Assembly (NCBI GenBank): GCA_963664825.1
Contig: OY761614.1
Coordinates: 1,248,001-1,312,000, forward strand
DNA from: an uncultured Holophaga sp.
GTDB taxonomy: Bacteria > Acidobacteriota > Holophagae > Holophagales > Holophagaceae
Direction: 5' to 3'
DNA: 64,000 bases
The notes under the pieces were generated by a model that saw only the letters and a program-made list of their open reading frames with translations, ran no database searches and had not been told where the DNA came from. Below, one piece after another: positions 39,006-48,114 of the stretch. The first letter of the stretch is position 1; each line of letters begins with the position of its first letter. Both the position numbers and the translations under genes were made by a program.

Positions 39006-39572
39006 TCAGCCCATGGAAGCGGTGGGTTGCAATTCCAGATGGGATTGTCCGGTCTCCAGCCCGGGCGCAGCCCCAGGGATGTGAGCCTGGATGAAGGAGA
39101 CAACCTCCGCTGGTTTTATGCCGAGAACAATGGCGAATTCGTCGTACAACAGCTTTTCCGCGGTGGTCATGATCTTGGTATCGGTAGCGTTGAGCCTCTT
39201 ACCCGTCCCCTTTTTGCGGTCCTTCTCGAGGTACAGGGTCTTTATCAACTTCACCAATTCATGGCAATCGCCACTGTGAAGTTTCACGGAATACTCCCGA
39301 TCCCGCTCGCGATCATCACTGATCCAGATGGATTCTTCCTCAGGCATCCCTTGGATCAAACTATTTATTTCGTCCCTGGTCAGGATCGGCCGGATCTTGG
39401 CCACGAGTTCCTCATCGGTTGTGGAGACATAGGTGATCGAATTGGAATCAAAAAAAGGTTTAAGAACATAATATTCTTGTTCCTCGGCGGAACGAAATTT
39501 TTCGGTTCTTATATCCACGATCTTGCATACACCTATCGTATTATACACGACACTGTCATTGATATTAAACAT
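39006..39572 (-). CDS. CarD family transcriptional regulator
   Basis: FNINDSVVY..GVCKI..YYVLKP..IRP..LYDEFAIVLG. Confidence 0.85.
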   Translation of the reverse strand: MFNINDSVVYNTIGVCKIVDIRTEKFRSAEEQEYYVLKPFFDSNSITYVSTTDEELVAKIRPILTRDEINSLIQGMPEEESIWISDDRERDREYSVKLHSGDCHELVKLIKTLYLEKDRKKGTGKRLNATDTKIMTTAEKLLYDEFAIVLGIKPAEVVSFIQAHIPGAAPGLETGQSHLELQPTASMG

Positions 39573-39941
39573 TTTTATCACCAGTGCCTGCCTAAAAGCC
39601 ATGTACTTATGGCAGCAAGCAATCCTCTGTAATCAGTATAGCAAAAATGACTCTTCGCTGTAAGGTTCCAGGACAAACCCTGTGGAACCGATTCCCACTT
39701 GGATGTGGAAGTTGTCCCAACCCTGGCTTCGGAATGACCCTGGAGGGAATGGGGTGGGCATGGGAACTCCTGGGCACGACGAGGGCTTGAACGCCTCACG
39801 GAACAGCGAGTAGGGGTTGCGGGAAGCGATGTGTTTGCATGAAACTATCGGTTAACTCCTGCCAAGCAGCCTTGGGAAAGACTCGCGGCAGCTTAAAAGG
39901 CGCATCTCCTTGACGAACCTATATTCCCAGCGAGGACACCC

Positions 39942-41573
39942 ATGCCCAACGCCATCTTCAATCTGCCGGATTCCTACAACGAACCCGTCCTCACGTACGC
40001 CCCCGGCAGCCCGGAACGTGTGCATCTGAAGGCCGAACTGGATCGCCAATACAATCTCGAAGTGGACATCCCACTCATCATCGGCGGCCAGGAAATCCGC
40101 ACGGGACGCCTCCGGGAGGTGGTCTGTCCCCACGAGCACGGCCACGTGCTGGCCCACTACCACGAGGCCGGAGAAGCCGAAATCCAGATGGCCATCGATG
40201 CCGCCCTCCAGGCCAAGAGCGATTGGGAGGCCATGCCCTGGGAGGACCGGGCCGCCATCTTCCAGCGAATGGCCAGCCTCATCTCCACGAAATACCGCTA
40301 CATCCTCAACGCCGCCACCATGCTCAACCAGTCCAAGAACGCCCACCAGGCGGAGGTCGATTCCACCTGCGAGACGGCGGACTTCTTCCGCTACAACGCC
40401 AAGTACATGGAGCAGATCTACCGGAACCAGCCCTTGTCGAACCCCAATATCTGGAACCGCATGCAGTACCGGGCCCTGGAAGGCTTCGTCTTCGCCGTCA
40501 CCCCCTTCAACTTCACCGCCATCGCCGCCAACCTAGCCACGGCACCGGCCATGATGGGCAATACCATCGTGTGGAAGCCCGCTTCCACAGCTATCCTCTC
40601 CAACTACTACCTGATGCAGCTCTACCGGGAAGCCGGTCTGCCGGATGGAGTCATCAACTTCGTGCCCTCTCGGGGTTCGGTCATCGGTCAGATCGTGATG
40701 GGCCACGAGAGCTTCGCGGGCCTTCACTTCACGGGGTCCACGGAGACCTTCCGCTCCATGTGGAAGACCGCCGGGGAAAACCTGGACCGCTACCGCACCT
40801 ATCCCCGCCTGGTGGGTGAGACCGGCGGCAAGGACTACATCTTCGTCCATAACAGTGCGGAACTCCCGGCGGCGGCCACGGCCATCGTGCGGGGTTCCTT
40901 CGAATACCAGGGGCAGAAGTGCTCGGCCTGCTCCCGGGTCTATGTGCCGGCCTCCACCTGGCCCGAGCTGAAGAGGCTCCTCCTGGAGCTCGTGGGCCAG
41001 ATCCAGATGGGCGACGTGCGGGACTTCCGCAATCTCATGAACGCCGTCATCGACGAGACGAGCTTCAATGCCACGATGGGCTACATCGAGAAGGCCCGGG
41101 CATCCGAAAAGGCCGAGATCATCGCCGGAGGCAAGGGCGACAAGTCCACGGGCTACTTCATCGAGCCCACGGTCATCGTCACCACCGATCCCCACTTCCT
41201 CACCATGGAGGAGGAGATCTTCGCCCCCGTGGTCACCATCTACGTCTATGACGACGGGAAGCTGGAAGAGACCCTCCAGACCCTGGATCAGACCTCGCCC
41301 TACGCCCTCACGGGCAGCATCTTCGCCCGGGACCGCCAGGTCATCAATCACCTGTCGGAGGTCCTGGCCAATACCGCCGGGAATTTCTACATCAACGACA
41401 AGTGCACCGGCGCCATGGTGGGCCACCAGCCCTTCGGAGGCGCCCGGGCCTCGGGCACCAACGACAAGGCGGGGAGTTTCCTGAACCTGGTGCGCTGGAC
41501 CTCCCCCCGGGCCATCATGGAAAACTTCGCGTCCCCCACGGGACTCGGATATCCCTCCATGGACGAGGCCTGA
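39942..41573 (+). CDS. pruA: L-glutamate gamma-semialdehyde (P5C) dehydrogenase
   Basis: PFNFTAI, FTGST, GETGGKD, YQGQKCSA, GTNDKAG. Confidence 0.92.
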   Translation: MPNAIFNLPDSYNEPVLTYAPGSPERVHLKAELDRQYNLEVDIPLIIGGQEIRTGRLREVVCPHEHGHVLAHYHEAGEAEIQMAIDAALQAKSDWEAMPWEDRAAIFQRMASLISTKYRYILNAATMLNQSKNAHQAEVDSTCETADFFRYNAKYMEQIYRNQPLSNPNIWNRMQYRALEGFVFAVTPFNFTAIAANLATAPAMMGNTIVWKPASTAILSNYYLMQLYREAGLPDGVINFVPSRGSVIGQIVMGHESFAGLHFTGSTETFRSMWKTAGENLDRYRTYPRLVGETGGKDYIFVHNSAELPAAATAIVRGSFEYQGQKCSACSRVYVPASTWPELKRLLLELVGQIQMGDVRDFRNLMNAVIDETSFNATMGYIEKARASEKAEIIAGGKGDKSTGYFIEPTVIVTTDPHFLTMEEEIFAPVVTIYVYDDGKLEETLQTLDQTSPYALTGSIFARDRQVINHLSEVLANTAGNFYINDKCTGAMVGHQPFGGARASGTNDKAGSFLNLVRWTSPRAIMENFASPTGLGYPSMDEA

Positions 41574-41696
41574 GCCACCTTTCGACCTGGGGGACGGCCT
41601 TCCCCTCTGACCTCCATCACGCTTTTTCCCACCTCGGGGCGCGCCTCCTTCACAATGAAGACTGGTGCGCCCCAAAGGGCGAAACAGGAGCCGGTG

Positions 41697-43538
41697 ATGT
41701 CCCACTGCGTGGTCGAGTGTGTCCCCAATTTCAGCGAAGGCCGCGATATGGCCAAGATGCGGCTCATCACGGGAGCCATTGAGACAGTGGCTGGCGTGAA
41801 GCTGCTGGACGTGGATCCCGGGGCCGACACCAACCGCACGGTGGTGACCTTCGTGGGGGACCCGGATTCGGTCGTGGAGGCCGCCTTCCGGGGCATCCAG
41901 AAGGCGCTCGAAGTCATCGATATGCGCGGCCATAGCGGCGCGCATCCCCGCATGGGCGCCTGCGACGTGTGCCCCTTCATCCCGGTGGAAGGCGTCTCCA
42001 TGGAAGACTGCGCGGGGCTCGCCCGGCGTCTGGGCGAGCGCGTGGGCCGGGAGTTGCAGCTGCCCGTCTACCTCTACGAACATGCCGCCAGCCGCCCGGA
42101 GCGCCAGAACCTGGCCGTGGTGCGCAAGGGCGAGTACGAGGGCCTGGAGGCCAAGCTCCAGGACCCGGACTGGGCGCCGGATTTCGGCCCGGCCACCTTC
42201 GTCCCCGAATTCGGCGCCCTCATCACAGGCGCCCGGGAATTCCTCATCGCCTACAACATCACCCTGAATAGCCGCGACAAGGCCCATGCCACCGATATCG
42301 CCTTCGATCTGCGGGAGAAGGGCCGGGTGGCCCGCCGGGGCCAGACCAGCGCCTTCTACAGCAGCGGCCGAGAACTGCGCTACGCGGAAGGCTGCTTCCC
42401 CTGCGGCAATTGCGAACTGGACTTCCCCACCTATGAGGCTCTGGAAGCCCATTGCCACACCGTCCACGGCTACGATCTGCGCCGCCTCCTCAAGCTCAAC
42501 GATATCGATGCGACGAGGCCCATCCTCGGCAAGAAGGCCTACAAGGCTGGACTCTTCACCGAATGCAAGGCCATCGGCTGGTACGTGGATACCTACAAGC
42601 GGGCCCAGCTCTCCATCAATCTCACCAACTACAAGGTGACGAGCCCCGTGGATGTGCTGGAGACTACGCGCCGCATGGCAGTGGCCCGGGGCCTGGTGGT
42701 GACCGGCAGCGAGATCGTGGGCCTAGTGCCCTTCAAGCCCCTCTTCGATGCGGGTCAGTTCTACCTGCGCCAGCAGGGCAAGTCCCCCTTCGTCCCCGTG
42801 GCCGATGTGCTGGAGAACGCCGTCTTCAGTATGGGGCTGGCCGATGTGGCTCCCTTTGAGATCGAGAAGAAGGTGCTGGGCCTGCCCAAGGTTTTTGAAA
42901 CCGGCCTCATGGCCATGAAGGTAACGGATTTCGTGACGGAGGTGAGTCGCGATACCCCCGCCCCCGGGGGCGGCAGCATCGCGGCCCTGGCCGGAGCCCT
43001 GGGCGCGAGCCTCGCCTCCATGGTGGCCAATCTCACCAAGGCCAAGAACGCCGAACATGGCGCCAGCCTCCTGGCCGCCGCCGACCAGGCCCACCGAGTG
43101 AAGGACGCGCTCGTCCTCGCGGTCGATGAGGACACCAACGCCTTCAACGCCTACATGGACGCCCGGAGACTGCCCCAGGGCAGCCCGGAGGAAAAGGCTC
43201 TGCGCGAGGCGGCCATGCTGGAGGGCCTGAAGATCGCCGTCAATGTGCCCTTCCAGACCGCCGCCCTCTGCCTGGAGGCCATGCAGGCCGCCGGCGCCGT
43301 CATTGAACAGGGCAACCCCGCCTCCATCACCGACGGCATGGTGGGCGTGCAGATGGGCTTCGCCGGTGTGCGGGGCGGCATCTGGAACGTGCTCATCAAC
43401 CTCAAGGATATCGACGACGCCGCCTACAATGCCGACATGAAGGCCCGCTGCGAGAAACTCCTGATGGAGGCCATCGGCCTCATGGATCGCGCCATCAGCG
43501 AAGGCGATGCCCGCCTGGGAGCCATGCTGGCGAAGTAG
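41697..43538 (+). CDS. ftcD: Glutamate formimidoyltransferase / cyclodeaminase (bifunctional)
   Basis: ECVPNFSEGR, HPRMGACD, TPAPGGGS cyclodeaminase domain. Confidence 0.92.
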   Translation: MSHCVVECVPNFSEGRDMAKMRLITGAIETVAGVKLLDVDPGADTNRTVVTFVGDPDSVVEAAFRGIQKALEVIDMRGHSGAHPRMGACDVCPFIPVEGVSMEDCAGLARRLGERVGRELQLPVYLYEHAASRPERQNLAVVRKGEYEGLEAKLQDPDWAPDFGPATFVPEFGALITGAREFLIAYNITLNSRDKAHATDIAFDLREKGRVARRGQTSAFYSSGRELRYAEGCFPCGNCELDFPTYEALEAHCHTVHGYDLRRLLKLNDIDATRPILGKKAYKAGLFTECKAIGWYVDTYKRAQLSINLTNYKVTSPVDVLETTRRMAVARGLVVTGSEIVGLVPFKPLFDAGQFYLRQQGKSPFVPVADVLENAVFSMGLADVAPFEIEKKVLGLPKVFETGLMAMKVTDFVTEVSRDTPAPGGGSIAALAGALGASLASMVANLTKAKNAEHGASLLAAADQAHRVKDALVLAVDEDTNAFNAYMDARRLPQGSPEEKALREAAMLEGLKIAVNVPFQTAALCLEAMQAAGAVIEQGNPASITDGMVGVQMGFAGVRGGIWNVLINLKDIDDAAYNADMKARCEKLLMEAIGLMDRAISEGDARLGAMLAK

Positions 43539-43683
43539 GCGGCTTGTCGTTTTGGAAGCAGGTTCTTTCCAGAATGTGAGTTGGATAAGGATGCCCGAGC
43601 ATGAGGACCTGAAGGCCTTCCCATAACCAGTCGCTGTCCCGCAAAAACCCTACTTCCGCTTCAATCGCCTCAGCCACCAGTCT

Positions 43684-43926
43684 TCAACGAAGGCCTTGCT
43701 CGGAGCGTAAGGGAAACGCATCCGGTTCGTCGGCATTCTTCATGGCCTTGTGCAGGGCTCTGGCCGTCTGGGCGTCATAGGCATGCAAGGCAAATAACCA
43801 GATTTCGCGCAATTCGAAACGCGTAAGCTGCTGTCCCCAGATGGACCTCAGAACCACCTCGACCTGATGCCCTGGTTCCACCACAAGGTGCCGGTAGCTC
43901 TCTTCGACAAGCTGGGTCTGGATCAC
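43684..43926 (-). CDS. Small hypothetical protein (possible pseudogene)
   Basis: GTG start after GAGGAGG; frame continues open beyond the TGA. Confidence 0.35.
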   Translation of the reverse strand: MIQTQLVEESYRHLVVEPGHQVEVVLRSIWGQQLTRFELREIWLFALHAYDAQTARALHKAMKNADEPDAFPLRSEQGLR

Positions 43927-44097
43927 TTTCCCTCCTCGGCAGAGGCCGGACCAGGAAACGGTTTCGACGGTTCGGCGGGGCCCACAGGACCCCAGCCCAG
44001 GCCCCCTATTCCGGACCTGGGCTGGAGACCTCATCCAAGGCCATCTCTCGCACCCGCCCATCAGTAGGCAGGTATTCACAGAGGCGTAGCGCCTTGA

Positions 44098-44742
44098 CTA
44101 CTGCAGTTTGAGGGTTCCCACCTTAAAAGTCACATCCTCCGTCTTGCGCTTGAGGATTGTGCCGATGCTCTTGGGAATGACCCGTGCCTTGATAACAGTC
44201 AAGGGCACGTCTCCTGGCGAGGCATTGAGGCTGGCATCGAAATCGAGGGCCACCTGGAGGACGACGCCGCTGCAGTCCTTGGCCGTGGCACCCTGTTCAG
44301 GCCCGTACAGCTCTTCATCTGTCTTCTGGAAGATTCCCACCATCAGCTTGCCGTTGGAGACCCCTCCCGCCTGCAAATTGGTAGGGATCTCCTTGTGGTC
44401 GGAGGTGAAGGGCTCTTTGTCCAGAAAGACACCGCCGTCCTTGTAGTAGCCCCCCGGCTTTCCCTGGGGATCCGGGAGGCGGGCGAACTTCACCAGGGCG
44501 GGATCCGCCTGGAGCGTGAACCCAATGCCTCGATACGTGCTGCCATCCGATGGACCCACCAAGTTCAATACGAGGTGCGTGTCGGTGCTGGCGGCGTCCT
44601 TGAGTAGCTTCCACTCCCCCGCAGCGGCGGTGGGATCTGTGTAGGAGAGGCTCTTGGCCGGGGCGAGGTGGTGATCACTGCCGCCACACCCCATGAGAAG
44701 AGAAAGGGCCAGAGGAACAACAATGGAATACAGCGTTTTCAT
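44098..44742 (-). CDS. Lipoprotein with cohesin-like beta-sandwich
   Basis: Lipobox LMGC; RGIGFTLQADPALVKF..GVVLQVALD..GDVPLTV. Confidence 0.7.
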   Translation of the reverse strand: MKTLYSIVVPLALSLLMGCGGSDHHLAPAKSLSYTDPTAAAGEWKLLKDAASTDTHLVLNLVGPSDGSTYRGIGFTLQADPALVKFARLPDPQGKPGGYYKDGGVFLDKEPFTSDHKEIPTNLQAGGVSNGKLMVGIFQKTDEELYGPEQGATAKDCSGVVLQVALDFDASLNASPGDVPLTVIKARVIPKSIGTILKRKTEDVTFKVGTLKLQ

Positions 44743-44751
44743 ATATAAACC

Positions 44752-47121
44752 TCAGTGATTGAATGCGTTGTTGAAGCCTTCGAGAAAGAGTTCGAGACAG
44801 ACGTCATCCACCCCAGCGATGCTGTCGTAAAGCTTGGCGGCGGGATAGACGTCGATGCCGTTGTACGCAAGCGCCAAAGCACCCATGTCGCAGGCGTCCG
44901 TATCGGTGTCGCTGTCGCAATCCAGGCTGACCCCGAAGACCATGTTCACGGCATATGCCCTGGGATCCTGCTTGCTGATGGCCTTGACGGGCCAGTAGGC
45001 GCCGTTGGAGGCCACGGGGGCTATGAAATTGCCGTCCACAAACTTGCCGCCCTCTGGATAGCGAGCGGACAGACCGCCCAGATCCCAGGTGACCTCAGTA
45101 TTTTTCGCATTGGCCACCGTGGGTGGGGGCAGGGGCGTCGGCACCAGGGCGGGGGCTACGACAATGTTTGGATTGCGGAACGGCGAATTGGCAACGGCCT
45201 TGAAGGTCACGAGAACGGGATCCTGTCCCACTTCAGCCCGCCCCACATTGATGGCGGCGAAGGCGTTCTTTACTGCGGCCACCTCGGGGGAGTCTGCGGC
45301 TCCCGTCGGTGGGTGGAGTTCGGTTGCCGCAGCCAGGACGGCTTCCCGGATCGCGTGATAGTCCGCCGAGGAATCGGTCACCGTGCTCATGGCCCGGTAC
45401 CAGATGCGTATGGCATTATCGTTGCCGATGCCCGTCATCCCTGCGGGCAGATAGGATGAGTAGGTTTCCTTGGTCGGGTCGCTGGCGGCCCCTTGACTCA
45501 GGAAATAGAAGGCCCGGTTCGCGGGACCGTTGCTGTAGTGGCAATCCTCCATCCCCATCCCGTCAAACCAATGATCGAAGCTGAGCCCATCTTTGCTGGG
45601 CTTGTAGAGCCAGCGCGTGGGAGTGAGTCCGTCCTTGGAAAGCTGGGATCCCAGGGTCCAGAGGTAATCCGCCCTGTTGTGGCCGCCGGGTGCCTTGGTG
45701 GTGGCATCGGGAACGATCGGGCCGGTGCCATCGGCACCCCAGACGTAGTACTTAACCATGGTGGCATGGATGTCCGAATTGCCTTCATTGAGCCCTTGGC
45801 TCTCGCCGCCGCTCAGATTGGCCGTGAAGGTCATGACGCCGTGGCTCATCTCGTGAGCGGCCACGTCGAGGCAGGTGAGCGATCCCGTCGGGGCCCCGTC
45901 TCCGTAGTGCATGACGAACAGGGATGGAATCCATGCCGCGTTATTCAAAACCCGACCTGCCCCCATACCGTCATCCATGTGCACGATACTCACGGGCGAA
46001 GTCCCCTGGCCATCGATGCCGCCATCGCGTCCCAGGACGTTCTTGTAATAGTCCCACGTCATCTGGAGGGCATAGTGGGCGTCCACGGCAGCCGTTTGGC
46101 CGTGAGCATCGTATAGCCGGTCGGGCCATTCATTCTCCCAGTCGAATGGCTGCCCATCGCCCCAGGTGTTGCTGGCGTTGGTGAAGGGCATGGTCCCGCT
46201 ATTGTTTGTCGAGTTATAGTTATCGTAACAGACGGTCTGGAAGCCAATTCCTCCATACTCCGGGAGCGGCAGGCCCTCGGGTGGAGCGATGGACCAAGGA
46301 TGGGGCTTGGTGGCCCGGGTCGTATCGCGGAGGATGAACTGGTTAGAACTGTCCGTCAACTGCACGGTGTTGAGACTCACAGTGCCGTTGTACTGGCTGG
46401 TCCCCGTTCCCACGGCCGGCGTATCCGCGTAATGCACCCCGTCCCACTTCTTCAAGATCTCGCCTGTTTGTCCATCGATGATGAACTCAGTAACTGCAAA
46501 ACCATGTGTTTTTGCCTGTATGGCGCTGATCTGGAAGGCCCAGCGATAGGGATCCGTCTTCTTCGACGTGCCCACGCTGTAGACCGGATCGACCACGAAG
46601 CGCCCGCTGGCGTCGCGCTTCATCTTGATGCCATCCTGGTACTTGGTGGGGAACACCAGGCGCTTGACCTGCAGGGGCCAGAGCTTGCCTTCCTGGGGGA
46701 GGTTCCTGGTGACGATCTCCCGAATCTTGGATTCGTCAAGCAGGGCAACGGAATCGAGACTGATGTCTTTCTGAACGGTGGCGTGGGGGGGCAGCATGCG
46801 ACCCGTCGCGTCCATGTGACCGAGCACGATGCCGTTGTAGACTTCCACTCCACGAAAGGTCTGGTGGCAGCGGACGTGAGTCTGACCAAAGGCATCCGTG
46901 ACCTGGTTGAACGCCTGAAGGCCATCCAGCATTCCAAGCCCCAGGGTGGTTTTGTCTCCTTCCAGGCTGCGGGTGAGTTGAGCCACGCGCTGTGACTGCT
47001 GGCCCCGGATGAATGCGAGCATGTCGTGGGGGAGGGGCCGCAGGCCCTCGCCCGCTGACAGCAGGCCGGTCACTGTTAGCAGTGCCAACAGCGTGAGATG
47101 TGGACGGACGCGACGTGCCAT
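44752..47121 (-). CDS. M4 (thermolysin) family metallopeptidase with FTP/PepSY propeptide and dockerin-like C-terminus
   Basis: NNAAW, HEMSH, GLNEGNSD, DCHYSNG; tail DCDSDTDTDACDMGAL. Confidence 0.9.
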   Translation of the reverse strand: MARRVRPHLTLLALLTVTGLLSAGEGLRPLPHDMLAFIRGQQSQRVAQLTRSLEGDKTTLGLGMLDGLQAFNQVTDAFGQTHVRCHQTFRGVEVYNGIVLGHMDATGRMLPPHATVQKDISLDSVALLDESKIREIVTRNLPQEGKLWPLQVKRLVFPTKYQDGIKMKRDASGRFVVDPVYSVGTSKKTDPYRWAFQISAIQAKTHGFAVTEFIIDGQTGEILKKWDGVHYADTPAVGTGTSQYNGTVSLNTVQLTDSSNQFILRDTTRATKPHPWSIAPPEGLPLPEYGGIGFQTVCYDNYNSTNNSGTMPFTNASNTWGDGQPFDWENEWPDRLYDAHGQTAAVDAHYALQMTWDYYKNVLGRDGGIDGQGTSPVSIVHMDDGMGAGRVLNNAAWIPSLFVMHYGDGAPTGSLTCLDVAAHEMSHGVMTFTANLSGGESQGLNEGNSDIHATMVKYYVWGADGTGPIVPDATTKAPGGHNRADYLWTLGSQLSKDGLTPTRWLYKPSKDGLSFDHWFDGMGMEDCHYSNGPANRAFYFLSQGAASDPTKETYSSYLPAGMTGIGNDNAIRIWYRAMSTVTDSSADYHAIREAVLAAATELHPPTGAADSPEVAAVKNAFAAINVGRAEVGQDPVLVTFKAVANSPFRNPNIVVAPALVPTPLPPPTVANAKNTEVTWDLGGLSARYPEGGKFVDGNFIAPVASNGAYWPVKAISKQDPRAYAVNMVFGVSLDCDSDTDTDACDMGALALAYNGIDVYPAAKLYDSIAGVDDVCLELFLEGFNNAFNH

Positions 47122-47394
47122 GAGGACTCCTTGAAACGGGGAACCCATCCGGAGCCGGAGGACCAGCCCACGGATGGGATACCATACGGAAAGACCTTGC
47201 GGTCTCAGTGACGAATCTCGGCAGAGGCAAAACGGATGGGGATTCACTGACCTTGGTGAACATTAACAAGAGCGGGTGTTACGTTCGGTTACTTTTCAAG
47301 GACCGACCATTCAGGGCGCCTCGGCCTCATGACATCGCCGTATACTCTCTTTATTTACGTGGCCAAGCCACCTTCCCGAACAGAGACCATAATC

Positions 47395-48084
47395 ATGCAC
47401 CGCATCCTCGTGGCCGATGACGAAGCGAACCTGTGCAGCCTGATCGTGCAGACTCTCCAGCAAGCTGGCTATGAGGCCGTGGCAGTGGGTAATGGAGCCA
47501 AAGCACTCGAACTGCACCAAGCCGAGCCTGTGGATCTCATGGTGCTCGATCTCAATATGCCAGTGATGGATGGCTTCGAGGTCCTGAAGGCCTTGCGTCC
47601 AAGGGACGAGGTGCCGGTATTGATGCTCACGGCACAGGGGCTCGAGCAAAAGCGGGTGAAAGGCTTCGGGTTGGGAGCGGATGACTACGTCGTCAAACCC
47701 TTCAGCACCACTGAACTGGTGGCGCGCATCGGGGCTATCCTCCGACGCACAACCCGTTACAAAGAACGCCCCAGACTCCGCACGGGCCCCTTCCTGTTGG
47801 ACTGCATGAACAAGCGCCTCCTCAGGGATGGGGACTTGGTGAACATCACACCGGTGGAGTACTTCATCCTCGAGCTCCTCATCACCCATGCTGGGCAGCA
47901 CCTCACCCGGGAGGCACTGCTAAATCTTGCATGGCCCGCAGATGCTCGGCCGTCACCCCGCACCGTGGACGTGCACTTGGCAAGGTTGCGTCCGAAGATC
48001 ACACTTGAAGGTGATCCCAAATGGATCGTGTCGTCAGGAAGCCACGGCTACTGCTGGACCTGTCCTGTAGAAGCAGAGCAGTAG
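47395..48084 (+). CDS. OmpR family response regulator
   Basis: VADDE, LDLNMP..DG, GADDYVVKPF, RTVDVHL. Confidence 0.93.
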   Translation: MHRILVADDEANLCSLIVQTLQQAGYEAVAVGNGAKALELHQAEPVDLMVLDLNMPVMDGFEVLKALRPRDEVPVLMLTAQGLEQKRVKGFGLGADDYVVKPFSTTELVARIGAILRRTTRYKERPRLRTGPFLLDCMNKRLLRDGDLVNITPVEYFILELLITHAGQHLTREALLNLAWPADARPSPRTVDVHLARLRPKITLEGDPKWIVSSGSHGYCWTCPVEAEQ

Positions 48085-48114
48085 AACTGCCTCGGCGGAA
48101 TCACACGGATCGCG

